A stretch of DNA of 64,000 bases, taken from the NCBI RefSeq assembly GCF_018977255.1, contig NW_024704743.1:19966001-20030000 (forward strand), read 5' to 3'. Origin of the DNA: Callorhinchus milii (lineage: Eukaryota). The notes below the pieces were generated by a model. That model had not been told where the DNA came from, did no database searches, and saw nothing but the letters and a program-made list of their open reading frames with translations. Made by a program: the position numbers and the translations under genes. Each line of letters starts with the position of its first letter. Position 1 is the first letter of the stretch. This document shows positions 10,291 to 22,329 of the stretch, piece after piece.

Positions 10291-12869
10291 TGAAACTGCA
10301 GAACCATCTGCTGCCTCAACTATCTGCGGATAATTTCACTATTTGCAGAACAGGAAAGTGATGCCGAAAATTTACTTTGTATTAAAGTACCTTATGTGCT
10401 TACTACTTCAATGAATGGCTGCTTATTTGACCTCATAAGATAAATGATTGTTGTAAGCGTGACTTTTAGAGGCACTAAATTGTGATAAAATATTTTGCTG
10501 CAATTGTTTATTTGTTCACACACACACTGTGCAAGAAGTGACATGCAAATTCAAACTAGTACCGCAGTTTGAAGTCAAAAACCTCAATGAAAATCAAAAC
10601 AATTCGGAAAAAAAACCTCAGCAAAATATCAATTTATCCATCGAGATTAAACAAAAGATCGAAAACCAGAAGGTAAATTGACATGAGTTGCCTGGGCTAT
10701 TGGAATGCAGCTTCTGCTGCATGTGGGAGGGACTGTGGTCTGAATTGCAAAATTAGTTAAAAACTTTTTAAAATATCAAATTCTGCAGGTATTCGGATAC
10801 ATCTAAAGCCATTCCTCTGGAACTTAATAGACACCTATCAACAGTAATCTGATAGGTACATAGAATTTGTCCTTTAGCCATAAATTGGCTTCAGGGACGT
10901 CATACTGACATTGGCATCCAAGTAATTTTGACCTGATACACACAGGTTTTACCATTTACAAATCTCGCAAAATAGACCGCACTATCCCCACACTAACTTG
11001 TCTGTGATGTTTGCTGAACAAGATTCAACAGCTGAAGTATACAACAGTGCCATGATTCATTTTGAAAGCTGCTGATTGGAGATGGAACAGCTTTTTCCTC
11101 TTTTATTGATTACCCCGTAAAGATTTGTAATGGATCGCATAAAATAAACAGCACAAAACAAACAAGAGCACATTTTATATACTAATCTGATTAGTTGATT
11201 GCAATTCAATCTATCCCGTATTGGCAGAATTGAATTAGAGGCCATTCTGGCAAAAGATTTAGGTTTGAGACTTTAGGCAACACAGTCCAAGTATTTCTAC
11301 AAACTGGTGGGGGGGGAAGAGGCAGAAGCCTGAAGCTCAGTGACATGCAGCCGATATCATAAATCTAATAGCTTGTAATAGCTATAATATAACATTGCTA
11401 GCTGTATAAGTCCAAATTGTTGTGGTTGGAGTTAAGAATCAACCCATGAGAGAAGATGAATGACATGTCATGCTTGTTCAAAACAGAATTTAAGGCAAAA
11501 TCTCCGTCCTCACAAGTGTTAACTCAGAGCTTTTCTCATGAATAACCAGGACGTTGGTTTATCCAGGATGAATACTCCAAGGATAACAGAGAGCTTGTTT
11601 CTGAGGTTCTGCAGCAGGGAAATGCAATTCTGAATAGAATCAAATTTAAACTGTTAGTTTGAAGGATTTAGTTTGGTCGGTGGCAATAAATATGGGGTAC
11701 CTTTCATAAGGACAAAAAGAGAATGATTCCTCCCTTCCCCTGAGTGTCTTTAAAGCTAAAAGCAGACATCACAGCAATGCAGGCGATAAACAGTTTTATA
11801 TTCCAGTTACAAAGGCCCTTGAAAGGACTGCATTGTGTCAATGGAGCAACTGTAGTTGCAGTTACTGAATAGTTGTCAGTGTTAAGGAGTTTATTGGAAC
11901 AAGGATGAAATTGTATAATAGGCAAGAGAAATTAAGATCAGGCTAAAGGGCAATACACAATGTAAATGATGAAGACAAAGTGCCATCACCTACCCAGATA
12001 CAAGCACATATGTTAACACCAATGCCTGGACAAAGATATACAGTTTAACTTGATCCGAGATTGCAGTTTTAATTTAATAACAACAGGCATCTAGATAGTG
12101 CCCTTCATGCAGTGTAGTATCTTGGAGTGCTCTAACTCTTGTAACACTTGAAATTGGACTGTAATTTTAAGACGATGGTCTCAAGATTAAGACCACGAGA
12201 AATTCTGAGACACAAATCCTAAATGGGCAATAAACTTGCAGGCCTCTGCCAATGTCAAACTGAGGTGATTGCTAGGAGAAAGCATCCAGTCTAGTGAACA
12301 TTCATCTCAAATATTCTCTTCCTTCTTCTCACTTATTCAATTAAATTAGCCTAATCTACTGTGCCCTGATTGTCACATTCTTAGAGCAGTTCACACCATT
12401 GAGACGCAAGATAAATTGTGAAATTGCCTTGTTCGATCCAAAACATCCCTAATACATCCCCAGTTTTAACTATGCATTGTGGTTTGTGTTAAACAAATAA
12501 AATCCCATTACTATTGCCAGTCAATATGCACCGTGTCACTGTTTACAAGCTAGTGCTTTTCAGCCAAGGATGCCAGGTAAAGAATCATTTTTTTGTAAAT
12601 AAAAGAATATTTCATTTGGACCAGAAGATGGATTAGGAATATTTGGATTGAACACAATGAGGTCAATTCATAGTCCATCCTAGTAACGTTAAGATGACAT
12701 ATTCTAACTGGGAAACCTGCTGAAAACAATTAGTTCAGGGTATGTTGGGCTTCTTAAAGCAGTTTGCTTTCAACAATATTTTATCTTAATTTTTTTAAAT
12801 TATATATATTTATTTTGAATTAAATATTGACTGCCCTAAGAATGATCATTTTTAAACTGAGATCCATAA

Positions 12870-13370
12870 AAACAACAAATTGCATTTATATAGCGCCTTT
12901 CACATCAGGAGGACGTCCCAAAGCTGGGGGTTGGATTCAGGCTGGCTCATTGGGCCTAGCTGGGGGTTGGATTCATGAGGGAGCCAATGGGGGATATGGC
13001 GGTAAAATGACCGAAGGTGCGGTCAAAGAGGAAGGTCTTGAAATAGACCTTGAAGAAGGCAACGGAAGGGGCAAGGCAAAGGTACGGAGTTATCATGATA
13101 ATAATCCTTGCTTTGCCTTGGGAACGTCCTCCTGACGTGAAAGGCGCTCTATAAATGTAATCTTGTTGTTGTTGTTGATATAACGCCTTATCACGTCTTC
13201 GAGACGTCTCAAAGTGCTTCGCAGAATATACTGTAAAGTGAATTGCTGTATATTTTGTGGAAGTTCCCGAGAGTGGAGGCAGAAATACTAAAGGCCTAAC
13301 CGCCGATGGTGGGTTAGGCAGGGTGGGGGATGTCATGCAAGCCAGTGCCTGCCGACAGAGGGTGCGAGCG
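12870..13370 (-). mobile_element. L2 3' fragment containing a nested SINE fragment and a second L2 tail
   Basis: L2(-) 12870-13090, SINE tail(-) 13096-13117, L2 tail(+) 13118-13176, SINE(-) 13177-13260, L2(-) 13261-13370. Confidence 0.8.
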
Positions 13371-14202
13371 GAAACCATAATCGATGGTTCCCGTTGCCAT
13401 GCTAACAGCAATAGCTGTGCTGGCTGTTATGCCAACCAAGAAGCATTCTTGAAGTATCCCAGCTTTAAAATGACTGTGATCATGTTTGAAAATATTTTGT
13501 GATGATTGCGAGCAGCAAGGAATCACAAGGCAGACCCTGATGATCAGCAAGTTAATCATGCAAACTCTCAACCTCAAATCTTGCTGAGGTTGATGGGCAT
13601 GTGGGAGAAAGACCCAGAAATGGAATAAAGTGGAGACACTTCCTTAGCTTGAATGACGTCTTCAACAAAAATATCTCAATGTAATTAATAAGATGCACCT
13701 GATCCCTTTCAGATTTCACAGAGCTTGTTTGCTTGAAGATAATTTAGAATGTTTTAGTCATGGCACAAATCGTACCTGGGTGCCCAAACCAATAACTACT
13801 TACATAAAAAAAGTAGACAAATATCCCTTCTGGGGTCTCTGCAATGATTGAAGTACCCATTACCACTCGTGTTGCTATTGACACATGGCTGATACTGTGT
13901 TTGCATTTTTTCTGAGAATATAAATCTATACTTCAATGCTAAACCATAATTGGCTTTCAGGAGTATGTATGAAGTACTGCACATATACACGGTTCAGAAT
14001 GACATTACATGATAATAATGTGTTTTGAATATTTTTACATAATATAAATGATCGTTTGTTTTGAGCTACCCAAATTTTTCTTCTATTCAAATAAAATTTG
14101 AATTTAAAATTACACATTTATACTTGTAAATAAATATATTTATAAATATACTTATAAACATGTATAAATTACCGTGTGTAAACTGGTTCAAATGTTCTTC
14201 TG

Positions 14203-14314
14203 ACTCAGGTCCTGTTAGCCTAGCAAGCCAAAGCCCTAATTGGTAGGATGGTCTGATATGAACAAGCAGCAGAAAGCTTGCCAGTGTTTCTCATGGGTTA
14301 AACCCCAGCAGTAT
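14203..14314 (+). repeat. Family X fragment
   Basis: gcaagccaaagccctaattggtaggatggtc...caagcagcagaaagcttgccag matches the reverse complement of 19232-19290. Confidence 0.75.
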
Positions 14315-15384
14315 TGCAGGAAACGCAGGGACAGAAAAAGATCCAGGAATCATCTGTGCAAGATGAAAAGTAGCTCACACATTTACCTTGTTTTCCCTAA
14401 CCAGCTGTCACACCAAAAGAAAACACTGTTTACATTATTCCGTGAAAAAAAACTTTTCTAAACTCTAAAACTACTGGATAAAAAAGATTTGAAAGTTGAT
14501 CTGAAATCCATATATACAATGTAGAACAGTGGACACATTTTGAAAATAGAACAAGATATCAGTCTAGTCTGACTGGGATTACTACACTTATCAATTTTTT
14601 GTTGAAGTGCATTGACCTTGTTTGGTGATGTCACGTGTTACCAGGTGGTGCCATTATCATAACACAAGCCAAGGATCTGTCTGATTGTGAGAAAATATCG
14701 ATTAAATTATTTTTTTAAATGCTAAATGTATCACTGGGGAAGAGCCCATCTGTCTAACCTGAATAGCAACAATGGAGAGAACATGAATGACATGGGTTTA
14801 CAGGGTTATGCAATGGAAGCATTGTGTAGTGCACTGTTTGAGTGCTTCACATCAAGTTGAGTGTTAAGAGAGGTTGTTTGAAACGTAATGTATAGTACAC
14901 CAACAACCTTCATAAACGACTAACATGGAAATCATTAAATGGGGCAACAGGTCTAGACATGTGAACTTTGGTTATAAAGTATCTTCTAGAGCTTGCAAAG
15001 TTATTCATAGCCAAATAAGTTGATTCTGTCACATCGTGATTCATCATACACAAATAGTAGTTCTATACACAGCCTCTTTCTTATAGCCAAACAAACACTG
15101 AATAGCTATCAGATCTTGTACAACCGTCTCAGGCAGGGAACATGCATCCTTATTGCAACATAAACATTTTAAATATATTCCGCCTGTTTTGAAACATTCA
15201 ATTTTCAGTCTGTATTTTTTTGGCTCACTGCTTGACTCAACCAATTTTCCAATCATCATACGTCGTAAGCATCTAAGTTAATATTTCTTCTTTGAACACG
15301 ATGCTGATTCATTTGTTGAAAATATCCCATACTTTGATGGGTAAAGAACTGTGCACTTCAAAACGGGCTGCCATTTATGATCAA

Positions 15385-16113
15385 GCAGGAACCTAGGTGT
15401 CTTGTTCGACCCTCAACTGTCTTTTCTACCCCACATCCAAGCCATGACCCTCTCTACCTTCCCTCATCTCCGTAACATCACCCAACTCTGCCACTACCTC
15501 ACCCCTCAGGCCGCTGAAACTCTTGTTCATGCCTTCATCACCTCCAGGCTCAACTATGCAAACGCCCTGCTTGTTGGCCTTCCCTCCACAGGCTGCAGAG
15601 AATCCAGAACTCTGCAGCCCGTGTCCTCTCCCGCACCAAACTCCGTGACCCCATCTCCCCCATTCTCGCCCGACTCCATTGGCTCCCTATCCTTCAGAGG
15701 ATCCAGTTCAAAATCCTGGTCCTCACCTACAAAGCCCTCCATGGCCTCGCCCCACCCTACCTCTGCGACCTCCTAACCCCCTACCAATCCACCTGCTCCC
15801 TCCGCTCAGTCGGCTCCGGTCTGCTCCATGTCCCCCGACCCATCCGCCCCACCATTGGCGGGAGAGCATTCAGCCACTCTGCCCCAACCTCTGGAATTCC
15901 ATCCCCCAATCACTCCGCCTCGCCCCCTCTTTAGACTCCTTCAAGTCCCGCCTCAAGACCCTCCTCTTCGACCATGCCATCGGCCACCCCTCTTCCCCTC
16001 CCTTCCCTTTTCCCCCCGACCCCAGCTCGGGTCTGAAATGCTGTACTCTGTCCAGCGGCTTGGGACGTCCTCCCGACGTGAAAGGCGCGATGCAAATGTA
16101 ATCTTGTTGTTGT
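15385..16113 (+). mobile_element. L2-clade LINE 3' fragment
   Basis: NLGVLFDPQLSF...HLRNI...LVHAFITSRLNYANALL...LWNSIP...FKSRLKT, 3' stem-loop and (ttg)n tail. Confidence 0.93.
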
Positions 16114-16140
16114 TTTTCCAAAGTTATAATAATGGCTAGA

Positions 16141-16550
16141 TACAGTAGAACCTTGTCATTGTGTAGCATGCTTTGTTATAATGCAACAACAAGAACAACA
16201 AAAACTTGTATTTGTATAGTGCCCTTCAAGCCGGATGGCGACTCGGAGCACTTATTGCAAGTTAATTTTCTAAAGTGAAATGGATATTTACCCTAAAAAT
16301 CAGAGTCTAGCTCTCTCTATCGGCTCTTTAATATATCCCCCAGTTGTGTGCAGAGGAAGCCACGTCAGTGGTCACCTAATGACTCGTAAGCCAACTGTTT
16401 TGGTTTGGTTATGAACCATTGATTAAGCCGTCTGTCTTTCAGCATGCACACATAGGGAATGCAGAAGGGCTAACTAGCAATTGCATCCTGTTATAACACT
16501 GTTTGGGATTTTATGAACCCCACTTCTGTTTTATAATGGGACTTCATAAT
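16141..16550. mobile_element. Possible decayed Tigger-like MITE with L2 tail insertion at about 16186-16255
   Basis: Left end tacagtagaaccttg; right end ttataatgggacttc; recurring gttataa motif. Confidence 0.35.
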
Positions 16551-17099
16551 AGTTTCCTTTTTAAACTGTTCTCTTTGTGCTGTACTTAACGCTTCATCAC
16601 CTAATTATTTTTTCCCATGGATTTTTCAGAGCTCAGCACAATACTTGCCCATCTAGCACGATCCTAACTATTGGGGCTTGGCTTTCAGTGTTGAAGATAT
16701 GTCTACATCTCCCAAGTTTGTCCTTGATAAAGTTTTTTTCTTTTAGCACTACTCTTGCATTCTATTCAGAACACAAGAGTCTTAATGTCTAATCATTGTT
16801 TTTCCTCTTACCTCTGGTCTCCAGTCCTCTACTCTCTCTCCCATCCTCTCCTACTCTGTTGCAGTATTCCTTGTCTTTCTATTCTGTCGATACTGCTGTA
16901 GAAGCTGCTCCTCAGAGTGTTTTTCTCTCTCACATAAACTTAAAGCTAAAAAATAGTAATCTACTCTACAAGCATAGAACAGCATATTAAATAAAACAGC
17001 ACAATCACAGCTAAATATAAAACAACTTTAGAATACAATTTCAATACAACAGTTTCATTAATATCCTCCCATTCATTTTCAATTCCATCCCACCCAATC

Positions 17100-17308
17100 C
17101 AATTTGCTTAACCCCGACTCCACCACCCACTGCCTCTGCTCGGCTGGCTCTAGCTCCTGTCCGTCCCTCAAGCCTTCCGTTCCACCATCGGTGGCCGTGC
17201 CTCCAGCCACTATGCTCCGAAACTCTGGAACTCTCTCCCTCAATCCCTCCACCTTGCCCCCTCCCTCCCCACTTTCAAATCCTGACTAATGCAAGTTGTT
17301 GTTGTTGT
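17100..17308 (+). mobile_element. L2 3' fragment
   Basis: Similar to 15770-15950; ends in tgcaag-(ttg)n. Confidence 0.85.
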
Positions 17309-17488
17309 AATGTTGTAATGTTCATATCCTTTTCATAAAATCACCATAATCAGCAACACTAAGTAACTCTCACTTTCATTACTTATACCCTTGACTGTTT
17401 AAGACTCACCTAATCAATAGATAATGTAACAATTCAATTAAGGGTCATGTTCCCACTAGCGGAAAGATTTTGACATTGATTAATCATG

Positions 17489-17814
17489 GGAGTCCTGTAA
17501 CTTAGTGGTTAGAGCACTCGCCTAGCAAGCGAGAGGACCTGGGTTTGATTTCCGGGCAGGGCAAAATCTCAGGTAAGTTTCCATACTCTACACGCCTCCA
17601 TTTACCTAGCAGTAAGTAGGAACCCGATTGTTAGTCGATTGGTGGATCGCATTCCAGGGCTAATAAATCCCCTCAACAAATAATTAATTTTGTTTGGGGA
17701 CATTGCTGTGTGCAATTGGCTGCCACGTTTCACCCCAAAAATATACAATGGTTGATATATTTCCAATATATTCTGTGAAGCGCTTCGACGATGTGATAAG
17801 ACGCTATATCAAAT
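17489..17814 (+). mobile_element. tRNA-derived SINE, long variant
   Basis: Same head and tail as the short variant, plus an extra internal segment catttacctagcagtaagtaggaacc...ggatcgc. Confidence 0.9.
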
Positions 17815-18679
17815 AGTAGTCCCAGTAAAAGAGTCTCAATGAATCTTATTATAACCTCAATCAGTAATGCTTAAACTGACATTTGATTTCAAACCACTCC
17901 ATTCTCCTACCAAATGCAGTTTGAGAATGACTCACTGAAGGGGTAAAGTAGAATCGTTCTCAACGCAATGCACTAAATTGCTTTTCATAGCATTCTTGCA
18001 GCCTCTGAACATTGCCTGTAAAGTGAAATATCACAATAAAAATGTGTGCTGCTGCATAACTAGTTTCCACGGTTTTGTTACTAATCATTCAAATTCCTTC
18101 CTCCCCCACCCCACCCCCCGCCATGCATCCCCCACCCCCCCACCCCACCCATTTATTATTTAAAGCATTGTGATGTCCTGAAAGGCACTATATATATCAA
18201 GCTGACTCTATTTCAATGCTTTGAGAAATGCAATGTATTCACTCAAACACAGAAACCACAAGTGCCCTTTCAGAGCTCATCAATCTGCATATAAATATTT
18301 ATACTTCATCCAGGAACTCCTGATTAGGCAATGCAATATGTTCACCTGAAGACTTTTACTTTGCTTAAGAAGTATGGATTCCCAATAATGTTTTTCAAGT
18401 CCACAATCCAACCTTTGCAAAAAATTATACATGGAAGGAACAGTCTTCATTAATTGACCTACATTAACCGGTATCACAGAGAAGACGCAATAAAAATAAA
18501 GTTCTGGCTAAAAATCAATACTAATTTCTATCTATTTACAGAATAAATATGACATGTCATTACGTTAGCCCTTCCTTGTTGCAATCCATCCACACCACTG
18601 CAATTAATGCTGAATATCTTTATTTCCCTCACTGCTATACGTTTTGAACTAAAATAACCAGTCACTGCAAACTATGAAT

Positions 18680-19045
18680 GCAAGATAATAGTATCATTCG
18701 ATATAGCACCAAAACATCACAGAATGCTTCATAGAATTACAGTGAAGTGACAGGATTGTATTTCTAGATTCATGTGGTAATACTGTTCCATAAACAGCCA
18801 TAAAGTGAATGACAAATTTATCTGAAGGATTGTTGATGAGGACACCCAGAGAAACCCCCTTCTCTCTTTTGAGTAATGTCATCCGATCTTTAAAGTCCAT
18901 CTGAAATGGCAGACATTTTGATTTAACAACTCATTCAAAGGATGGCACTTCCAACAATGCAATACTCCTACATTGTGAACTCAAAGTTCCTATGTGGCTC
19001 ATGAACCCACAACCTTCTGACTCAAGAGTTGAGAATGCTACCAAT
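18680..19045 (-). mobile_element. Old Deu-type SINE
   Basis: Reverse complement of the head and central block seen at 77-425 and 57977-58365. Confidence 0.75.
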
Positions 19046-19231
19046 GCTAAAAATGCTGCTCAATCAAATAGTCATATCAATACCTGCGTGAAGGTCACCC
19101 TTTATTAAATAAGCACTTTGCAAACTGAAGAAATAAGTCAATTAAAATAGGGGTGGGGGGGAATGAGGAAAATAAGATGATAAAAAGGGAAGTATAGATT
19201 TCTCGGAGGATAATCAAAATGTATGCAAACG

Positions 19232-19512
19232 ACTGCTTGCCTAGCTAAGACCACCCTACCCGTTAGGGCTTTGGCTTGCAGGGTAGGACCTGAATGGGAT
19301 GACTCCCTGCCCCTAGTGACTGGTCTGTCTTTCCAGGTCCTGCCGATGAGCCAGGCTGACTGTGCTGTCATCAGTAGTGCCCTGAAATACTGTGGACCCG
19401 CCTGGCTCAGGAACCGGACTACTGAGACCACCAGAGAGGGCTGACTCGATTCTGACATTCCGCTGCCAAGCATGTCACCTTGGAGCTAGTTCAGCTCCAA
19501 GGAGACCTCACT
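19232..19512 (-). repeat. Family X, 5' half
   Basis: Collinear with 8120-8400. Perfect 10-bp hairpins at 19347-19409 and 19478-19502. Confidence 0.88.
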
Positions 19513-19970
19513 TAACTCCCCTGTGCAAACAGGTTAATAGAGCTACTATTTGAGAAATACAAAGAGGATCCTAGAGATCAGCACTGTTATGCCTCCCAAG
19601 CATCATAAACTAAAAGATTCTTTGAAGCATTGAAACGGTAAATGAGCAGTGGCTGGAAAATGAAGTCAAAAAAGTGAGAAAAAAAACTGTGGGAGTGAAC
19701 AGCTAAAACACCAAATGAATAAAATATATTCAAGAGAGGATGATACTAAATTCTCATCTGATGCTGGATCTAACACACCCGGTGTTCTGGAAGATTTTGA
19801 ATTCATTGTGACAGGAGGAAGCCCATTGAGGAGAAATAAGAGTATGTAGATCAGATCCATTGTTTATCTGATAATGAGCTGAAGTTGCTTAGCACTTAAT
19901 TTTAAAATTCCATTGGAGTGCACAGATGTTTTGCTATTGTATCGGTGGACCTGATATCTTTGAGATTCCA

Positions 19971-20095
19971 CAACAACAACTTGCATTTATATAGCGCCCT
20001 TCACATGGGTATAGGGTCTCAGAGCACTTAACAATGATGGAGCTTGACGCCAAGCTGGGGAGAAATTGGAGGTGATTATAGGCACGGTCGATTCC
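19971..20095 (-). mobile_element. L2 3' tail fragment
   Basis: (caa)n followed by cttgcatttatatagcgccc. Confidence 0.7.
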
Positions 20096-20169
20096 ATCAT
20101 GGTCGATTCTATAAGGTATTTTGTTTAAAAAAATTAAGAACTTATGAAATGGTAATTGACAAGAGTGAG

Positions 20170-20390
20170 AAGAATATAAGAACTTAAGAACTTGCTAGGC
20201 GAAAGAAGACCAATGTCCATTTAGTTCGCCTTCCACTATACTGGCAGTCGCTTGACATTTTGTGTCCCAAACTATATACTGTATCCCGAGATATTAGTTC
20301 CCAGCAGAAATCTATCTCATTTGTTCTTGAAACAAACAACATTTTCTGCTTCCACCATCTCCTGAGGGAGCCTGTTCCACAAGTTCGAAT
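20170..20390 (-). mobile_element. CR1 3' end fragment
   Basis: (taagaac)-type tail and 3' UTR on the minus strand. Confidence 0.75.
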
Positions 20391-21166
20391 TTTTCCCCAT
20401 GTACAGGAAACAATGCTAAACGTGGAGACACATTCACTGAGGGATGTCGACAGCATTATGATGGATTGTTTGTTTTATTAATTTCTCATGCTGCTGTTCA
20501 TAATCACATTTCTCGCACTGCACATGCTGACGTGCATCGCTATGAAGATCAAAGTCCATGTAGCACTTGATGGAATGGTACACTGAAGTAACAGCATCAA
20601 CATGTACATTTCTATATAATAGCAATTAACAGGCACGGTACAAAATTATACTGTGAAGACAAATGAATTGTTAATGCTACAACTGATAAATGTTCGAATG
20701 TTGTGTTGTAGCCTAAACATTATAACTTACATAATTATCTGCCATTGTATTGTAAACGCATTAATCCTGGAATAATTTAGCTCAGATTAATGTTAAAAAG
20801 ATTATTTTTCTTTTGGAAAAAAGGCTTTCATCAAAAATGCCCAATGGATTTCTTAAAAATGAAACTCAGGTAAAGCTCAATTTAACCTGAATTTCATTTT
20901 TAAGACCCGCATTGGCTGATTTTACTCAGTGCCTGTGATGATGTGTGTGCTGCCCGAAACTTGCCCGACTGTGCTCACTGCTGGTTGTGTGATCGCACAC
21001 AGAATGTGATGCACACACAGGTGAGCAGGTTCTGGGAATGCATACCCATCACATTGCACAGGCTGGTAATTGGCAACTGGCAATGCAGACGAGGTATGTT
21101 TCAGGATGGCGGCATTACATTTGATCACATGTCCATTCTTGGCTTGAAAAAAACCCTTAACTATTG

Positions 21167-21197
21167 CTAACATGATCGTTTTTTTTTGTAGGTAAGT
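21167..21197 (+). promoter_or_regulatory. Candidate recursive splice site (ratchet point)
   Basis: Branch point CTAAC at 21167-21171, T9 tract, TAG ending at 21191, immediately followed by the consensus donor GTAAGT at 21192-21197, in non-repetitive sequence. Confidence 0.5.
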
Positions 21198-21687
21198 TCT
21201 GGAGTCTTCACATTTTTTTCTCACATTGAGTGACCTTCAAACAACCAAATCACAATAAGGTTTATGTGCCAGAAACACGGTCTCCTCATTGTTTTTCAAA
21301 GAATGTTGTCACAACAGATTTTGCTGTTGCCTAAAACAGACTAAATTAAAATTGTTTTTTGGACAATATAAATGTAAGCACACTTTGAGCTTTCTCAGTT
21401 CAGATTTAAAACGCACTAGCATAAAGTTAACCAGTAACAAATAAGTTTATAAGAAAAAAGACTTGGTTTATAAGAAATATTTGTAAGCATAAAGCAGTAG
21501 ATTTGTGGAATGAACTTAAATGTTGTTTTTATGATACACGTCTGTCAGAGATGCCACTTTTGTCATTGAGGGACAACTTCAAGTGAAAGTGAGGCATCTT
21601 ATCTTAAGGCGCTGGTGACTGAACACATTCTGCTGCTGGAAGCCTTTTTCTGCTATCCGTTGCAGCAGCCACTTTTTCCTGTGGTTG

Positions 21688-21968
21688 AACAGAACAGAAA
21701 TAGCAGTAGGCTATTCAACTATTGAGTCTGCTCTGTCATTTTCTTAGAGCATGGCTGATCCTGTTGTACTGCAGCACCATTTGCATGCCTTTAATCCATA
21801 CCCTCTGATATCCTTATTAGCCAAGTACTTATCACAAGATCACAAGATCTGTCTGGATGAAGGAAGTCCTTTCGGCCCCATCTGATCTTATCCCTCCAGT
21901 ACACACACTCCAGCATACCCCAATCGCTACATCAAACTGCTTTTTTATATGAGTCTACCTCTACCACT
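21688..21968 (-). mobile_element. Two adjacent or nested CR1 3' ends
   Basis: 21688-21830 resembles the reverse complement of 3340-3480. 21831-21968 has a cacaagat tail and resembles the reverse complement of 9230-9350. Confidence 0.7.
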
Positions 21969-21970
21969 TT

Positions 21971-22329
21971 TAATAATAATAATCCTTGCATTTGATATAG
22001 CACCTTATCACATCCTTGTATTGAATATATTGTAAAGTGAATTGACCGTGTATTTTGTGGATGAAACACAGTAGCCAATTGCACACAGCAACGTCCCGCA
22101 AACATTCGTAGATTGAGTGATCATTTTTTTTCTTTTGTTTGGAGGGATTATTATCCCCAGAAAGCGATCTGCCAATCGCCTCACTACCAGGTTCCTACTT
22201 AGGAAGGCTTAAGAAAACAGAGGTGTGTGGAGCAAGGAAAATTGCATAAGGTTTCGCCCTGCCCTGTAATTGAACCCGGGTCCTCTCGCTTGCAAGGCAA
22301 TCTCGCTAACCACTACGCTACGGGCCTCC
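21971..22329 (-). mobile_element. tRNA-derived SINE, long variant
   Basis: Head, partial extra segment, body and (aat)n tail. Confidence 0.9.

Noticed and set aside
13798..13915. Minus-strand exon with GTAAGT donor
   Set aside because: Weak acceptor, unrecognisable peptide and no partner exons.
14800..15300. Copia integrase-like text on the minus strand
   Set aside because: Only vague similarity with no intact motifs. Part of the region looks like a CR1 3' remnant.
21549..21599. pre-miRNA-like hairpin (agatgccacttt / aaagtgaggcatct)
   Set aside because: The stem is only about 12 bp with a branched loop, and I recognise no mature miRNA.
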